Below, piece after piece: positions 1-7,703 of a stretch of 64,000 bases of DNA (the stretch's first letter is position 1; each line of letters opens with the position of its first letter). Position numbers and translations under genes: made by a program. A model generated the notes under the pieces. It saw only the letters and a program-made list of their open reading frames with translations, did not search any database and was not told the origin of the DNA. Origin of the DNA: Ignavibacteriota bacterium (GTDB taxonomy: Bacteria > Bacteroidota > Ignavibacteria > UBA10030); contig OY969585.1 of assembly GCA_963701295.1 (NCBI GenBank), positions 3,168,001-3,232,000 of the forward strand, read 5' to 3'.

Positions 1-351
1 ATTCGACCATAAGAAAGAATGTGAGGATTGGCCAGTATTCACGACTTTTTGAAGTTCACTCCCAGCTTGCCAAAATGGAGAACCTTTGGATTGTCCGCTC
101 TGCGTGAAGTTAGCATACATATTCATCAATTGTTTTGGAGAATATGATCCATCGGGGAAAAAAGTATCATCCCAACCATAAGTCTGCTGTCCAACTACCA
201 TAACTCGAGTCTTAAGGACGCAGTATTCCGTAGGAACACAGATGAGCTGAGGTTTAGAAAGACCCTTATGTGACGTTCCGATAGATTGAAGACGTGTGAA
301 GACGCTAGAATAAAATTCCAACAGTTCCTCGTTTAACTCGCTCGCTACCAT
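1..351 (-). CDS. Cassette ORF, 3'-truncated by the window edge; possible uracil-DNA-glycosylase-like fold protein
   Basis: Not in the ORF track. Manual translation from ATG at 351 is open to base 1 (MVASELNEELLEF...RVMVVGQQTYGW...SPFW...FLWSN). It begins just after the stop of the 355-642 ORF. The hydrophobic-GQ motif resembles UDG-superfamily proteins. Confidence 0.6.
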   Translation of the reverse strand, partial: MVASELNEELLEFYSSVFTRLQSIGTSHKGLSKPQLICVPTEYCVLKTRVMVVGQQTYGWDDTFFPDGSYSPKQLMNMYANFTQSGQSKGSPFWQAGSELQKVVNTGQSSHSFLWSN

Positions 352-354
352 CAC

Positions 355-642
355 TTACCTGACAAAAAATATCCATATTGCGGCAAGAGTAATCCCACCA
401 AAGCCACCTTCTATTGAGTTACGAGCATTATCTATAGACCCAATTCGGGATCCTCGATCATCACAGATGTCGGATCCTCGTACGAAGGCAATTCTGTTTC
501 CTCGGTCGTCGAGAATAAAATCGCCCTGTACATATCCGAGTCGTCCACCTCGGTCGTCTTTGATATCGTTTCCTTGAATATAACCAACTCGGCGACCGGA
601 GCTATCGTGAATATTATTTCCTTGCATTTTCATGTTAGGCAT
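355..642 (-). CDS. Small beta-repeat (beta-flower-like) cassette protein
   Basis: Four to five ~15-aa repeats (GNxIxDDRGxRxGY[IV]) and a hydrophobic C-terminus; RBS AAAGGA upstream; first ORF of the cassette starting at ~727. Confidence 0.7.
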   Translation of the reverse strand: MPNMKMQGNNIHDSSGRRVGYIQGNDIKDDRGGRLGYVQGDFILDDRGNRIAFVRGSDICDDRGSRIGSIDNARNSIEGGFGGITLAAIWIFFVR

Positions 643-722
643 AATTGGTTCCTTTCGTTAAGGTTTATAAAAAACACGAATGGCAGATAATTATTTTAAC
701 TACACCAAAAGTAATTCGTGCG

Positions 723-917
723 TTCTAACGGACTGGCGCTAAGCTGCGGCGCTGATAATTTTCAAATTGCAATGAACGAAACAAGTTCATGCTGAAACCA
801 AATTAATAAAAACAAAAGTTATAGGTACTAAAAACTGAATAATAAAAACGATAACCCACCACCAGCCATGCTTAACGTAGCCACGCTCATTCCGTCAGCT
901 TGAGCGCCTGGTTAGGC
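723..917 (-). mobile_element. Integron attC site (195 bp)
   Basis: Minus strand: R'' GCCTAAC-CAGGC-L'' GCTCAAGC TGACGG ... CCGCA L' GCTTAGC-GCCAGTCC-R' GTTAGAA, with two extrahelical bases. The stop codon of the upstream ORF lies in R''. Confidence 0.92.
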
Positions 918-1694
918 GCCATTGGTACGTAAATTCCTTGATACCTTACCGATATATAACGCAACTTTAGACTTTAGCAACGGTTCACCATGTACAAAAA
1001 ATGGACCGTAAAGTTGACCACGTGACACTTTATTGACTGTACCGTTTGAAAGTTGTTCCATAAAGTTTTCTAAATCGGTTTCATTTTTAGCATGCTTTTT
1101 ATCAGTAGTTGCATTTGTAATAAACTCATGAACAAGCATAATTGATCTCGAACATCCCTTGCGCTCCGCTTCACAAAGCGCGCCAGCGCAAGCGGTGAGA
1201 AGCTGATAACGTAGATTACCGAAACGTGCACTGTCTTTCATTTGCAATCCTAATAAAGCCAAAACCAATTGCTCAGCACGGATTGCTCCATTAGAGTTTG
1301 GATCTTTCTTGCGTCGTTCAAATGCTTTCGAAAACGTTTGTGCAACCGATTCACCAAATGGCTCATCTGCTTTTGCCTCTACAGCTAAAAGATATAAACC
1401 GAATGTATCCCGCACATAAACAGCTATATCGCTATTTCGGGTTTCGCCAGAAAAGTCGTCGAACTTGAGTTTTGCTTCTGGCTCTGCAACCCATGTCAGC
1501 ACAGGGCCGAAATTTGGATGACCCGAAAGGATGGAAACAACTTCTTCCGGCATTTTATTTCCAGCTCCCAGCCAAGCGCGCGCAACTTCCTTCGCACTTC
1601 GTTCATCTTTCCATTGGTTCGGTCTTTTGGGGCCCGCATATCTACGCCACTTCTCAAGTGAATCAATTACACGGTCATTTTTATTGATTGACAT
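912..1694 (-). CDS. DUF6946-like protein, probable PD-(D/E)XK nuclease fold (gene cassette)
   Basis: Motifs SAKEVARAW, E..RNSD...VEAKADEPFG, YQLLTACAG, VHEF; flanked by attC sites; TAA stop inside the attC R'' box. Confidence 0.65.
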   Translation of the reverse strand: MSINKNDRVIDSLEKWRRYAGPKRPNQWKDERSAKEVARAWLGAGNKMPEEVVSILSGHPNFGPVLTWVAEPEAKLKFDDFSGETRNSDIAVYVRDTFGLYLLAVEAKADEPFGESVAQTFSKAFERRKKDPNSNGAIRAEQLVLALLGLQMKDSARFGNLRYQLLTACAGALCEAERKGCSRSIMLVHEFITNATTDKKHAKNETDLENFMEQLSNGTVNKVSRGQLYGPFFVHGEPLLKSKVALYIGKVSRNLRTNGA

Positions 1695-1711
1695 GTATTT
1701 TCTCCAATGGC

Positions 1712-1906
1712 GCCTAACGGACTGGCGCTAAGCTGCGGCGCTGATAATTTTCAAGTTGCTGATAACGAAACAGGTTCATGCTAATAACCAAATTGATAAG
1801 TATCAATGTTATAGATACTAAAAACTGAATAGTAAAAACGAAAAACCACCATTAGCCATGAATTTTGCAGTTGGCTCATTCCGTCAGCTTGAGCGCCTGG
1901 TTAGGC
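1712..1906 (-). mobile_element. Integron attC site (195 bp)
   Basis: Arms nearly identical to 723-917 (ctaacggactggcgctaagctgcggcgctgataattttcaa ... gctcattccgtcagcttgagcgcctggttaggc) and a similar AT-rich interior. Confidence 0.92.
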
Positions 1907-2713
1907 GCCAACGTCTTTGATACTTTCATTAAGTTCGTCGCCAGACTTGAGCAACTCAGAAAATCTCTTGATGAAACGAGCGGCCGGTGCACCATCAACA
2001 ATCTCATGATTGAATGAAACCGTGAGGCAAAGATGCTCTCTTGATTCAAGCTTGTTCTCGATAATCTTTGGTCGGTCAACAATAGTTCCTACCGTCACAA
2101 CAACAGTACCTCCACCAACAGGAATAAACCAGAGAGCCTCGTTCCCGAACATTCCAACCGCTGTAACAGCAACCTTGCCGTAACGTTTACTCATGGAAAT
2201 GCTATGAGATGCAGCGCGAATAAAGGTGCGAAGAAGAAATCTTGGGATCAAGCGAAACCAAAATATCCCAGAGAGTGCGCCTAACTCCCCTTGATTAGTA
2301 TGTTGAGCCGATCTAATCTCATCGTGAATTTGGCGATATGTCTTCATTTGTGCTGCTCGAATACCCAAAGGTTCGGGGACTTTTTCACTGTTGATATCAC
2401 GCTCAATGAGGACAGAAATTGCGATGTCATTGAGGAGAATGAGCTTTCGGCCCTTACGAAATGAATTCAGATGTGGATGTTCGGCAATTGCACGCGCCAA
2501 GCAAGTAACAATGAACGCTGTAAAGGAAAGACGTTCTCCAGTTCGCTGCAGATGTTCCCGAATGATACGCCTAGGCTCGGAAACGTCAACCTCAAGAATG
2601 CCATGGATAGTATCTTGCTCGTTGCCAATTGCAGCGGCAGCTGCCACCATTTGCCTATTGTGCGTGAATGGAATAGAACGATAGCCTGAAGATTTGATTG
2701 AATCTGACTGCAT
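1901..2713 (-). CDS. Stand-alone 2-oxoacid dehydrogenase E2-like acyltransferase catalytic domain (CAT fold), gene cassette
   Basis: C-terminal LTVSFNHEIVDGAPAARF (HxxxDG) and SFTAFIVTCLARA motifs; no lipoyl domain; stop in attC R''. Confidence 0.8.
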   Translation of the reverse strand: MQSDSIKSSGYRSIPFTHNRQMVAAAAAIGNEQDTIHGILEVDVSEPRRIIREHLQRTGERLSFTAFIVTCLARAIAEHPHLNSFRKGRKLILLNDIAISVLIERDINSEKVPEPLGIRAAQMKTYRQIHDEIRSAQHTNQGELGALSGIFWFRLIPRFLLRTFIRAASHSISMSKRYGKVAVTAVGMFGNEALWFIPVGGGTVVVTVGTIVDRPKIIENKLESREHLCLTVSFNHEIVDGAPAARFIKRFSELLKSGDELNESIKDVGA

Positions 2714-2736
2714 CCAAAACCTTTCTTTGCGTTGGC

Positions 2737-2892
2737 GCCTAACGGTTGGCGGCTAAGCTGCCGCATTGATAATTTTCAAAATATACAAAACGAAACACGT
2801 TCATAGTACATACTTTCAAGTTAAAATAAAACCTATGTGCGCCATGAATTTAGTAGTGAGCTCATCCGGTCAGCTTGAGCCGCTGGTTAGAA
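2737..2892 (-). mobile_element. Integron attC site (156 bp)
   Basis: Plus strand gcctaac-ggttggcg-gctaagctgccg ... ccggtcagcttgagccgctg-gttagaa; same arm family as the other three sites. Confidence 0.9.
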
Positions 2893-3015
2893 CACACATG
2901 GCTGATTATTCAATTATTAAAATCATTGTCACGTTTGCTTTTTACGCAAAAGTAAATGTTATGGCTAAACATCTTTTGGAATTGCTCACTAAAATGTAAC
3001 CGAAACATCCTGCAG

Positions 3016-3546
3016 TTAAGTGAGTGAAATATTCCGTGGGTGTAATGGCCAATCTGGTCGTCCAGTGATGCCAGGATGCTTTGGAGGCACATTCTGTACA
3101 CGCCGGTAAAATGAATCTAGCTCCCAGAAATGAATTTTACCCCGATTTTCAGGTTTCCTGAGTTCATCAACATAATTGCCCATGATTCCATCCCATAACT
3201 GAACTAAAGGGGGCGCGTAAAACCGATCGATGAGATCCGGATCAACTAGTTTGTGCCGATCCAAAAGACCAAGGACATCAAATGCTCGGCACACCTTGTC
3301 GAGGTTTTCTAACTTTCCATCTTTTTTCATATCTGACCAAGTTTTATTCCTCTGGATGTATGTACGGATGATAGCACGATCCGGCCTTACCTCTTCCATA
3401 AATTTTACTGCATGCATGAAGGATTCTAATTCAAAAGCCTCATGTTGTAGTTTGACTTGATACTTGCTATTCCGGATAATAAGTCCTGTCATAATTGCAT
3501 ATGCAAGTAATGATCCGAACTCTAACACATTTTGAATAGTAAACAT
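3016..3546 (-). CDS. Cassette protein with N-terminal TM helix (DUF4760-like)
   Basis: 176 aa, hydrophobic N-terminus, strong RBS AAGGAGGA; bounded by attC sites. Confidence 0.6.
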   Translation of the reverse strand: MFTIQNVLEFGSLLAYAIMTGLIIRNSKYQVKLQHEAFELESFMHAVKFMEEVRPDRAIIRTYIQRNKTWSDMKKDGKLENLDKVCRAFDVLGLLDRHKLVDPDLIDRFYAPPLVQLWDGIMGNYVDELRKPENRGKIHFWELDSFYRRVQNVPPKHPGITGRPDWPLHPRNISLT

Positions 3547-3659
3547 TTTTATATATCCTCCTTAATTTTTTGATCATTTGGTTTTCTATATTACTATTTT
3601 TTGAATCACTTGTGGATGTTATCATAAGTTTAATAAAAATATTATAGCTGGTTTGTGTG

Positions 3660-3810
3660 TTCTAACGGACGGCACTAAGCTGCGGTGCTAATAACTTTCA
3701 AGTTGTACTATCTTCGCGCGAGCATCATTCTTACAATTTAACATCTACACTTTCGACGCGCGGTGAAATGCACCGTCGCTCATTCCGTCAGCTTGAGTGC
3801 TTGGTTAGGT
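3660..3810 (-). mobile_element. Integron attC site (151 bp)
   Basis: Plus strand ttctaac-ggacg-gcactaagctgcgg ... cattccgtcagcttgagtgcttg-gttaggt; same arm family. Confidence 0.9.
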
Positions 3811-4045
3811 TATAGTTATTTCGTTGTACAGAATTTCTTTTAAGATACACTTTGCTCACACCATCACAACTTTAATTTTTCTGACCACAGGCAGCGCATT
3901 AACGAGATTCTTTTTCTCTCGTACAAAACAATTCTTGTTAACACCACACACTTATTGAAAGCAACCAATTTCTAAATCTGTAGAATCTCTATAAAAACCA
4001 AAGCCATTTGACAACGACACAGAGCGCGCTGCCTGTGGAACCTAA
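3665..4045 (-). mobile_element. First gene cassette, with no ORF of 60 aa or more (~235 bp body plus attC)
   Basis: Starts at GTTAGGTT (4046-4039, minus), complementary to its own attC R'' (AACCTAAC). Contains a 13-bp inverted repeat at 3885-3897 and 4026-4038. Confidence 0.7.
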
Positions 4046-4115
4046 CTATGATTAGACTGCATATCGCAGCCTAATACGCTTTTTTGAGTGTTAGACTGCA
4101 TATTGCAGCCTAACA
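4040..4115 (-). mobile_element. attI-like site with two tandem palindromic direct repeats
   Basis: Minus strand GTCTAAT-CATA-GTTAGGT simple site with no attC arm upstream. Direct repeats ttagactgcatat(c/t)gcagcctaa at 4052-4074 and 4091-4113. Confidence 0.65.
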
Positions 4116-4196
4116 TGATGAACTTGGTAACTATGAAACGGATTTTGGCAGCTCCCAACAATTCCCCACTTTCTTTAGATACTTATCCGCGCTGGT

Positions 4197-4225
4197 AATC
4201 TATCAATTGCGTCACTGAAATGCAA
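4197..4225 (-). promoter_or_regulatory. Putative Pc-like sigma70 promoter facing the cassette array
   Basis: Minus strand TTGCAT-17 bp-TAGATT with a TGn extended -10, ~150 bp upstream of the attI crossover. Confidence 0.5.
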
Positions 4226-4334
4226 GGGAATAAATTTCTATCCCCAAAGAAGCCCTAAGAGATAGCATTTAAAATAAGTGCTTACGAAAGAAGAAAACGC
4301 AGAAATGAGAATATATCGATATGCGACCAACAAC

Positions 4335-4373
4335 TCCGAAGTCTGATGCTCTATCCAGTTGAGCTACGGGTAC
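4335..4373 (-). pseudogene. 5' half of tRNA-Arg (anticodon TCG), truncated after the anticodon loop
   Basis: Minus strand GTACCCG TA GCTC AACTGGATA GAGC A TCAGA CTTCGGA, then GTTGTTGG instead of TCTGA; no T-arm or 3' acceptor strand follows. Confidence 0.85.
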
Positions 4374-4494
4374 GTCTTATTTTTGAGTCCCGCCAAACAA
4401 CAGCGGGATTCTGAGAATTACATCTACTCGCACAAAACACTCGTAGGCATTTTTCGAACTACAGGGACGTTTTAATGCTCTCTGATTCGTTAAT

Positions 4495-4523
4495 AATTTA
4501 CAAAACAAACTCCCCTCTTGCAA
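4495..4523 (-). promoter_or_regulatory. Putative sigma70 promoter upstream of the tRNA half
   Basis: Minus strand TTGCAA-17 bp-TAAATT. Confidence 0.45.
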
Positions 4524-4752
4524 CATTACAATTCCAAGTGGTGTCCGGAGTTCTTCATCTGCTGTGCTTTTGCGTTTTGTACATCCACCGTGTTTTAACG
4601 GAATCTTTGGGCAGACATCCTGACACTATATATATGGATATATTAAAAAAAGAGAGATTCATCCTGCGCCAAATTGCAATCTTCAAATATTCATCCTCAA
4701 GATTTTACCTGTTATATTTCAGAGCTTATCGAATCGTTCATTTTTTCTTAAC

Positions 4753-4781
4753 TTGCATTTGAAGATGTACGAATGTACATT
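4753..4781 (+). promoter_or_regulatory. Putative sigma70 promoter of the 784-aa lipoprotein gene
   Basis: TTGCAT-17 bp-TACATT, overlapped by repeated GTAC palindromes. Confidence 0.35.
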
Positions 4782-4859
4782 TAGTACGTACGATGTTGTA
4801 TGATACAACCAATCTAAAAAAAATTACGATATTTCAGTTTCAACCTCAAATTAACAACT

Positions 4860-7214
4860 GTGGAGTGCGGGATGCGGAATAACCAAAATGAATCTCAGAT
4901 AATCGTTGTGAAACGATCATTGTGTGTTCGTAGCTTTGAAAAAGCAAACCGATTGATTGCTCGTTTCCGCCGCTCTCGGATTGCTTTGCTCTTTAGTGCT
5001 CTTGTGCTCATGGTACTCTGCTGTTTCCTGCTGATCGACGGATGCAGCAAAGACAGCGGTCCGACCGCTCCATCTACTACAGTAACGTTGCAGGGAAACC
5101 AGGCTTTTCATGCCGGAGCTGTCGCCGGGTATCAAGCAGTCGGTGCAGGCATATCATATCCTTTTACGGCGCTACAGCTTGCTAGTCCCACCGGCAGCAC
5201 GATTCGCAGTCTATCCGTTACGAATCTGTTCTCGAGTTCTAATGGCTTTAAAGCGCTCATGCGCACATCGAAGATTACAGACACACTCGCGTTTTTACCG
5301 CTTCTGAATCTTTATGGTGGTCATAGATTTAATGGGAATGTATTGACTTTATTTTTTTATAGCGATGCGGCAGGTACGCAGTCTGCGGGAAATGTTGCGG
5401 TAACGTTGCCTGCGAATACCACTAATCCACTGGATCCAACCAGCTATGCCTCCTACCCAGCTAACATCACAATCGCTATGAATATTACTGGGGGCAATCT
5501 GCCATGTACAGGAAACCTCGTGGTTAGTTTCACGGGTGGAACAGGTGCAAATACGATGACAGGAACAAATACACTGACCAAGGACAATGTTGTATTCGAT
5601 CTGAACCTTGCTCTTGATAACCAGATGAATGCAACTGGGTCGATTACTATTACAGAGAGCGGCGCTACAATAGAAGCAACAAATGTGAAAGGCGCAGTGT
5701 ACGCTTACCTCACCTGCGATGTGAAGATTAATCCTTATGGCTGGATTGGAACCGGCACACTCAACCTAATACAGGGTTCGATGACAGCAAATGTGTATAC
5801 AGGCACTGGAACATCCACTGCCACATCAGATAGTCTCGGCAGTCTGAACATTAACTATGCAGATGGCACTCATGAGATTGTGGTTAACGCGCTCTCAGGA
5901 GGCTTGACAAGTTCAATTACCTCGCCGGTCAGCATCACGGCAACTAGCGGTTCGTCGCAGAGTGCCACGATTAACACAGCTTTTTCCTCGCCTTTAGTTG
6001 CAACAGTTAAAGACCAGAGCAGCATTCCGGTAAGCGGAGCGACGGTTACTTTTACAGCACCGTCATCCGGACAGAGTTGTACTTTTACAGGTGGAGCCAC
6101 TGCGATTACCGCAACCACCAATGCACAGGGACAGGCACAAGTCACCGTTACCGCGAATGCCATAGCCGGGAACTACAATGTGACGGCATCAGTGGCTGGT
6201 GTTACAACGACAGCAACTTTCTCGTTGACGAACAACAGTCTAAATACTGGATATAATGCGCCACTTTTCTATAACAGCAGCCAGGGAACAATCGTAACTA
6301 TCAACAATAATGGTCAGTCCATCGGCTATCTATCATCAACTATGGGTTCTAGTTATACGGTACCGGTTTACTGGTCCACACCCACTTCTCAGCCGCAGAC
6401 CCTTCAAATCGCTACAGGTGACAGCTCAGCTGTTGCGAAGGGGCTTAACGACAACGGCCAGCTTGTTGGCTACTCTGCTGGTGGTACATATATCGTTAAT
6501 CCCGATTATTATACTGATACGAAACCTATTTATTGGTCAAGCCCAACGGCGAAGCCAGAATACCTGGCGGTGCCTAGTAAGTGGTATAATGCGTATGCAA
6601 TGAGCATCAACAATAGCGGGCAGATTGTTGGTTATGCATTGAACGGAACTGTCGTTATTCCCCTTTACTGGTCTAGCCCAACTGACACGCCTCAGGTGCT
6701 TGCGGGTACCTCAGTTAATGGACCGAGCTTCATCACTTCCAATGGTCAGATCTTAGGTGATTTTACTCCATATTACGTAAAGAGCGAAGTGGTCTGGACT
6801 AGCCCGACGGCTCAACCTATTGTGCTGAAAAGTCTTGCTGCAAGCGCTACTATATATCCCTACTCTATTAATACATCAGGCGTAATTGTGGGAGAAAACT
6901 TAGATACGAGCGGTCAAACTGCCGTGACCTGGGCAAATGCCAACGCATCCCCTCAGGCGCTGCCTCTACCACATGTGCCATCTATATTGGGTATCACCAA
7001 CGCTGCCAGCATCAATACCGCAGGTGTTATCGTTGGCTCATTCAGCAACGGCCAAGGCGGTGGAGATTGCATGATCTGGAAGAATGGGCAGGTACAGGAC
7101 CTTGCCGTCTTGATTAGCTATTCCCTTGGTCCAGCTACGTTAATCACAGATAAGGGTTGGATACTTGGTACAGCGTATTATGGATACAATCAATACATCC
7201 TTATTCCCAAGTGA
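4860..7214 (+). CDS. Large surface lipoprotein with Ig-like (Big_1) domain and C-terminal HAF-like extracellular repeats
   Basis: Lipobox LIDGC; SITATSGSSQSATINTAFSSPLVATVKD...VSGATVTF...TNAQGQA (Big_1); repeated INNxGQxVG and YWSSPT units. Start codon uncertain. Confidence 0.75.
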   Translation: MECGMRNNQNESQIIVVKRSLCVRSFEKANRLIARFRRSRIALLFSALVLMVLCCFLLIDGCSKDSGPTAPSTTVTLQGNQAFHAGAVAGYQAVGAGISYPFTALQLASPTGSTIRSLSVTNLFSSSNGFKALMRTSKITDTLAFLPLLNLYGGHRFNGNVLTLFFYSDAAGTQSAGNVAVTLPANTTNPLDPTSYASYPANITIAMNITGGNLPCTGNLVVSFTGGTGANTMTGTNTLTKDNVVFDLNLALDNQMNATGSITITESGATIEATNVKGAVYAYLTCDVKINPYGWIGTGTLNLIQGSMTANVYTGTGTSTATSDSLGSLNINYADGTHEIVVNALSGGLTSSITSPVSITATSGSSQSATINTAFSSPLVATVKDQSSIPVSGATVTFTAPSSGQSCTFTGGATAITATTNAQGQAQVTVTANAIAGNYNVTASVAGVTTTATFSLTNNSLNTGYNAPLFYNSSQGTIVTINNNGQSIGYLSSTMGSSYTVPVYWSTPTSQPQTLQIATGDSSAVAKGLNDNGQLVGYSAGGTYIVNPDYYTDTKPIYWSSPTAKPEYLAVPSKWYNAYAMSINNSGQIVGYALNGTVVIPLYWSSPTDTPQVLAGTSVNGPSFITSNGQILGDFTPYYVKSEVVWTSPTAQPIVLKSLAASATIYPYSINTSGVIVGENLDTSGQTAVTWANANASPQALPLPHVPSILGITNAASINTAGVIVGSFSNGQGGGDCMIWKNGQVQDLAVLISYSLGPATLITDKGWILGTAYYGYNQYILIPK

Positions 7215-7312
7215 TAAGTTACGTGTGGTGGCATGCCCAGATTATGTGCCAATGAAAGGTTAGTATTTTTTTTAATATCAAGCGCTGGCAACCTGATAAG
7301 GTAAAATGTTTT

Positions 7313-7513
7313 TTGCTTAGAATTAAAAAAATACCAGTTCCGACGCATTACCAAATGTCGAGACTATTCAATCCTGTAGCAGATAAGGTTGTAGTAACTG
7401 TTGTTCGCAATTTTGGCAGGTATCCGATAGAAGAGCAAAAAGTTCTTGTTCCTTTTTCCAAGTTTCTCACACTGTTAAAGGAATTGGAGAAGCATAAGTT
7501 CAAAGAAGCATAA
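7313..7513 (+). CDS. Small hypothetical protein
   Basis: 66-aa ORF with a plausible composition; TTG start; no recognised motif. Confidence 0.35.
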   Translation: MLRIKKIPVPTHYQMSRLFNPVADKVVVTVVRNFGRYPIEEQKVLVPFSKFLTLLKELEKHKFKEA

Positions 7514-7703
7514 GAAATCGGACTTTTTAACCTGGCGCTTAATCTCGACTTATCCAGAAAAGCCGGAAGCCACGTGTACATGATGCGCACAAGAGTGTGC
7601 ACCAATAATAACGCATACATTCTTGAAGATTATCGTGCAAAGCACAATACAAATTATTAGTACGCAAATTCATAGCGCGCAGTGGCGTCGAGTGTAGTGG
7701 AAG

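Noticed and set aside
723-3810. Repeats as a CRISPR array or IS ends
   Set aside because: Spacing is gene-sized, the arms have attC R/L boxes, and no cas or transposase genes are present.
4335-4373. Intact functional tRNA
   Set aside because: The 3' anticodon strand, T-arm and acceptor 3' strand were not found nearby.
4115-4860. Integron integrase next to attI
   Set aside because: No long ORF; the 95-aa ORF at 4475-4762 has no tyrosine recombinase motifs and looks spurious.
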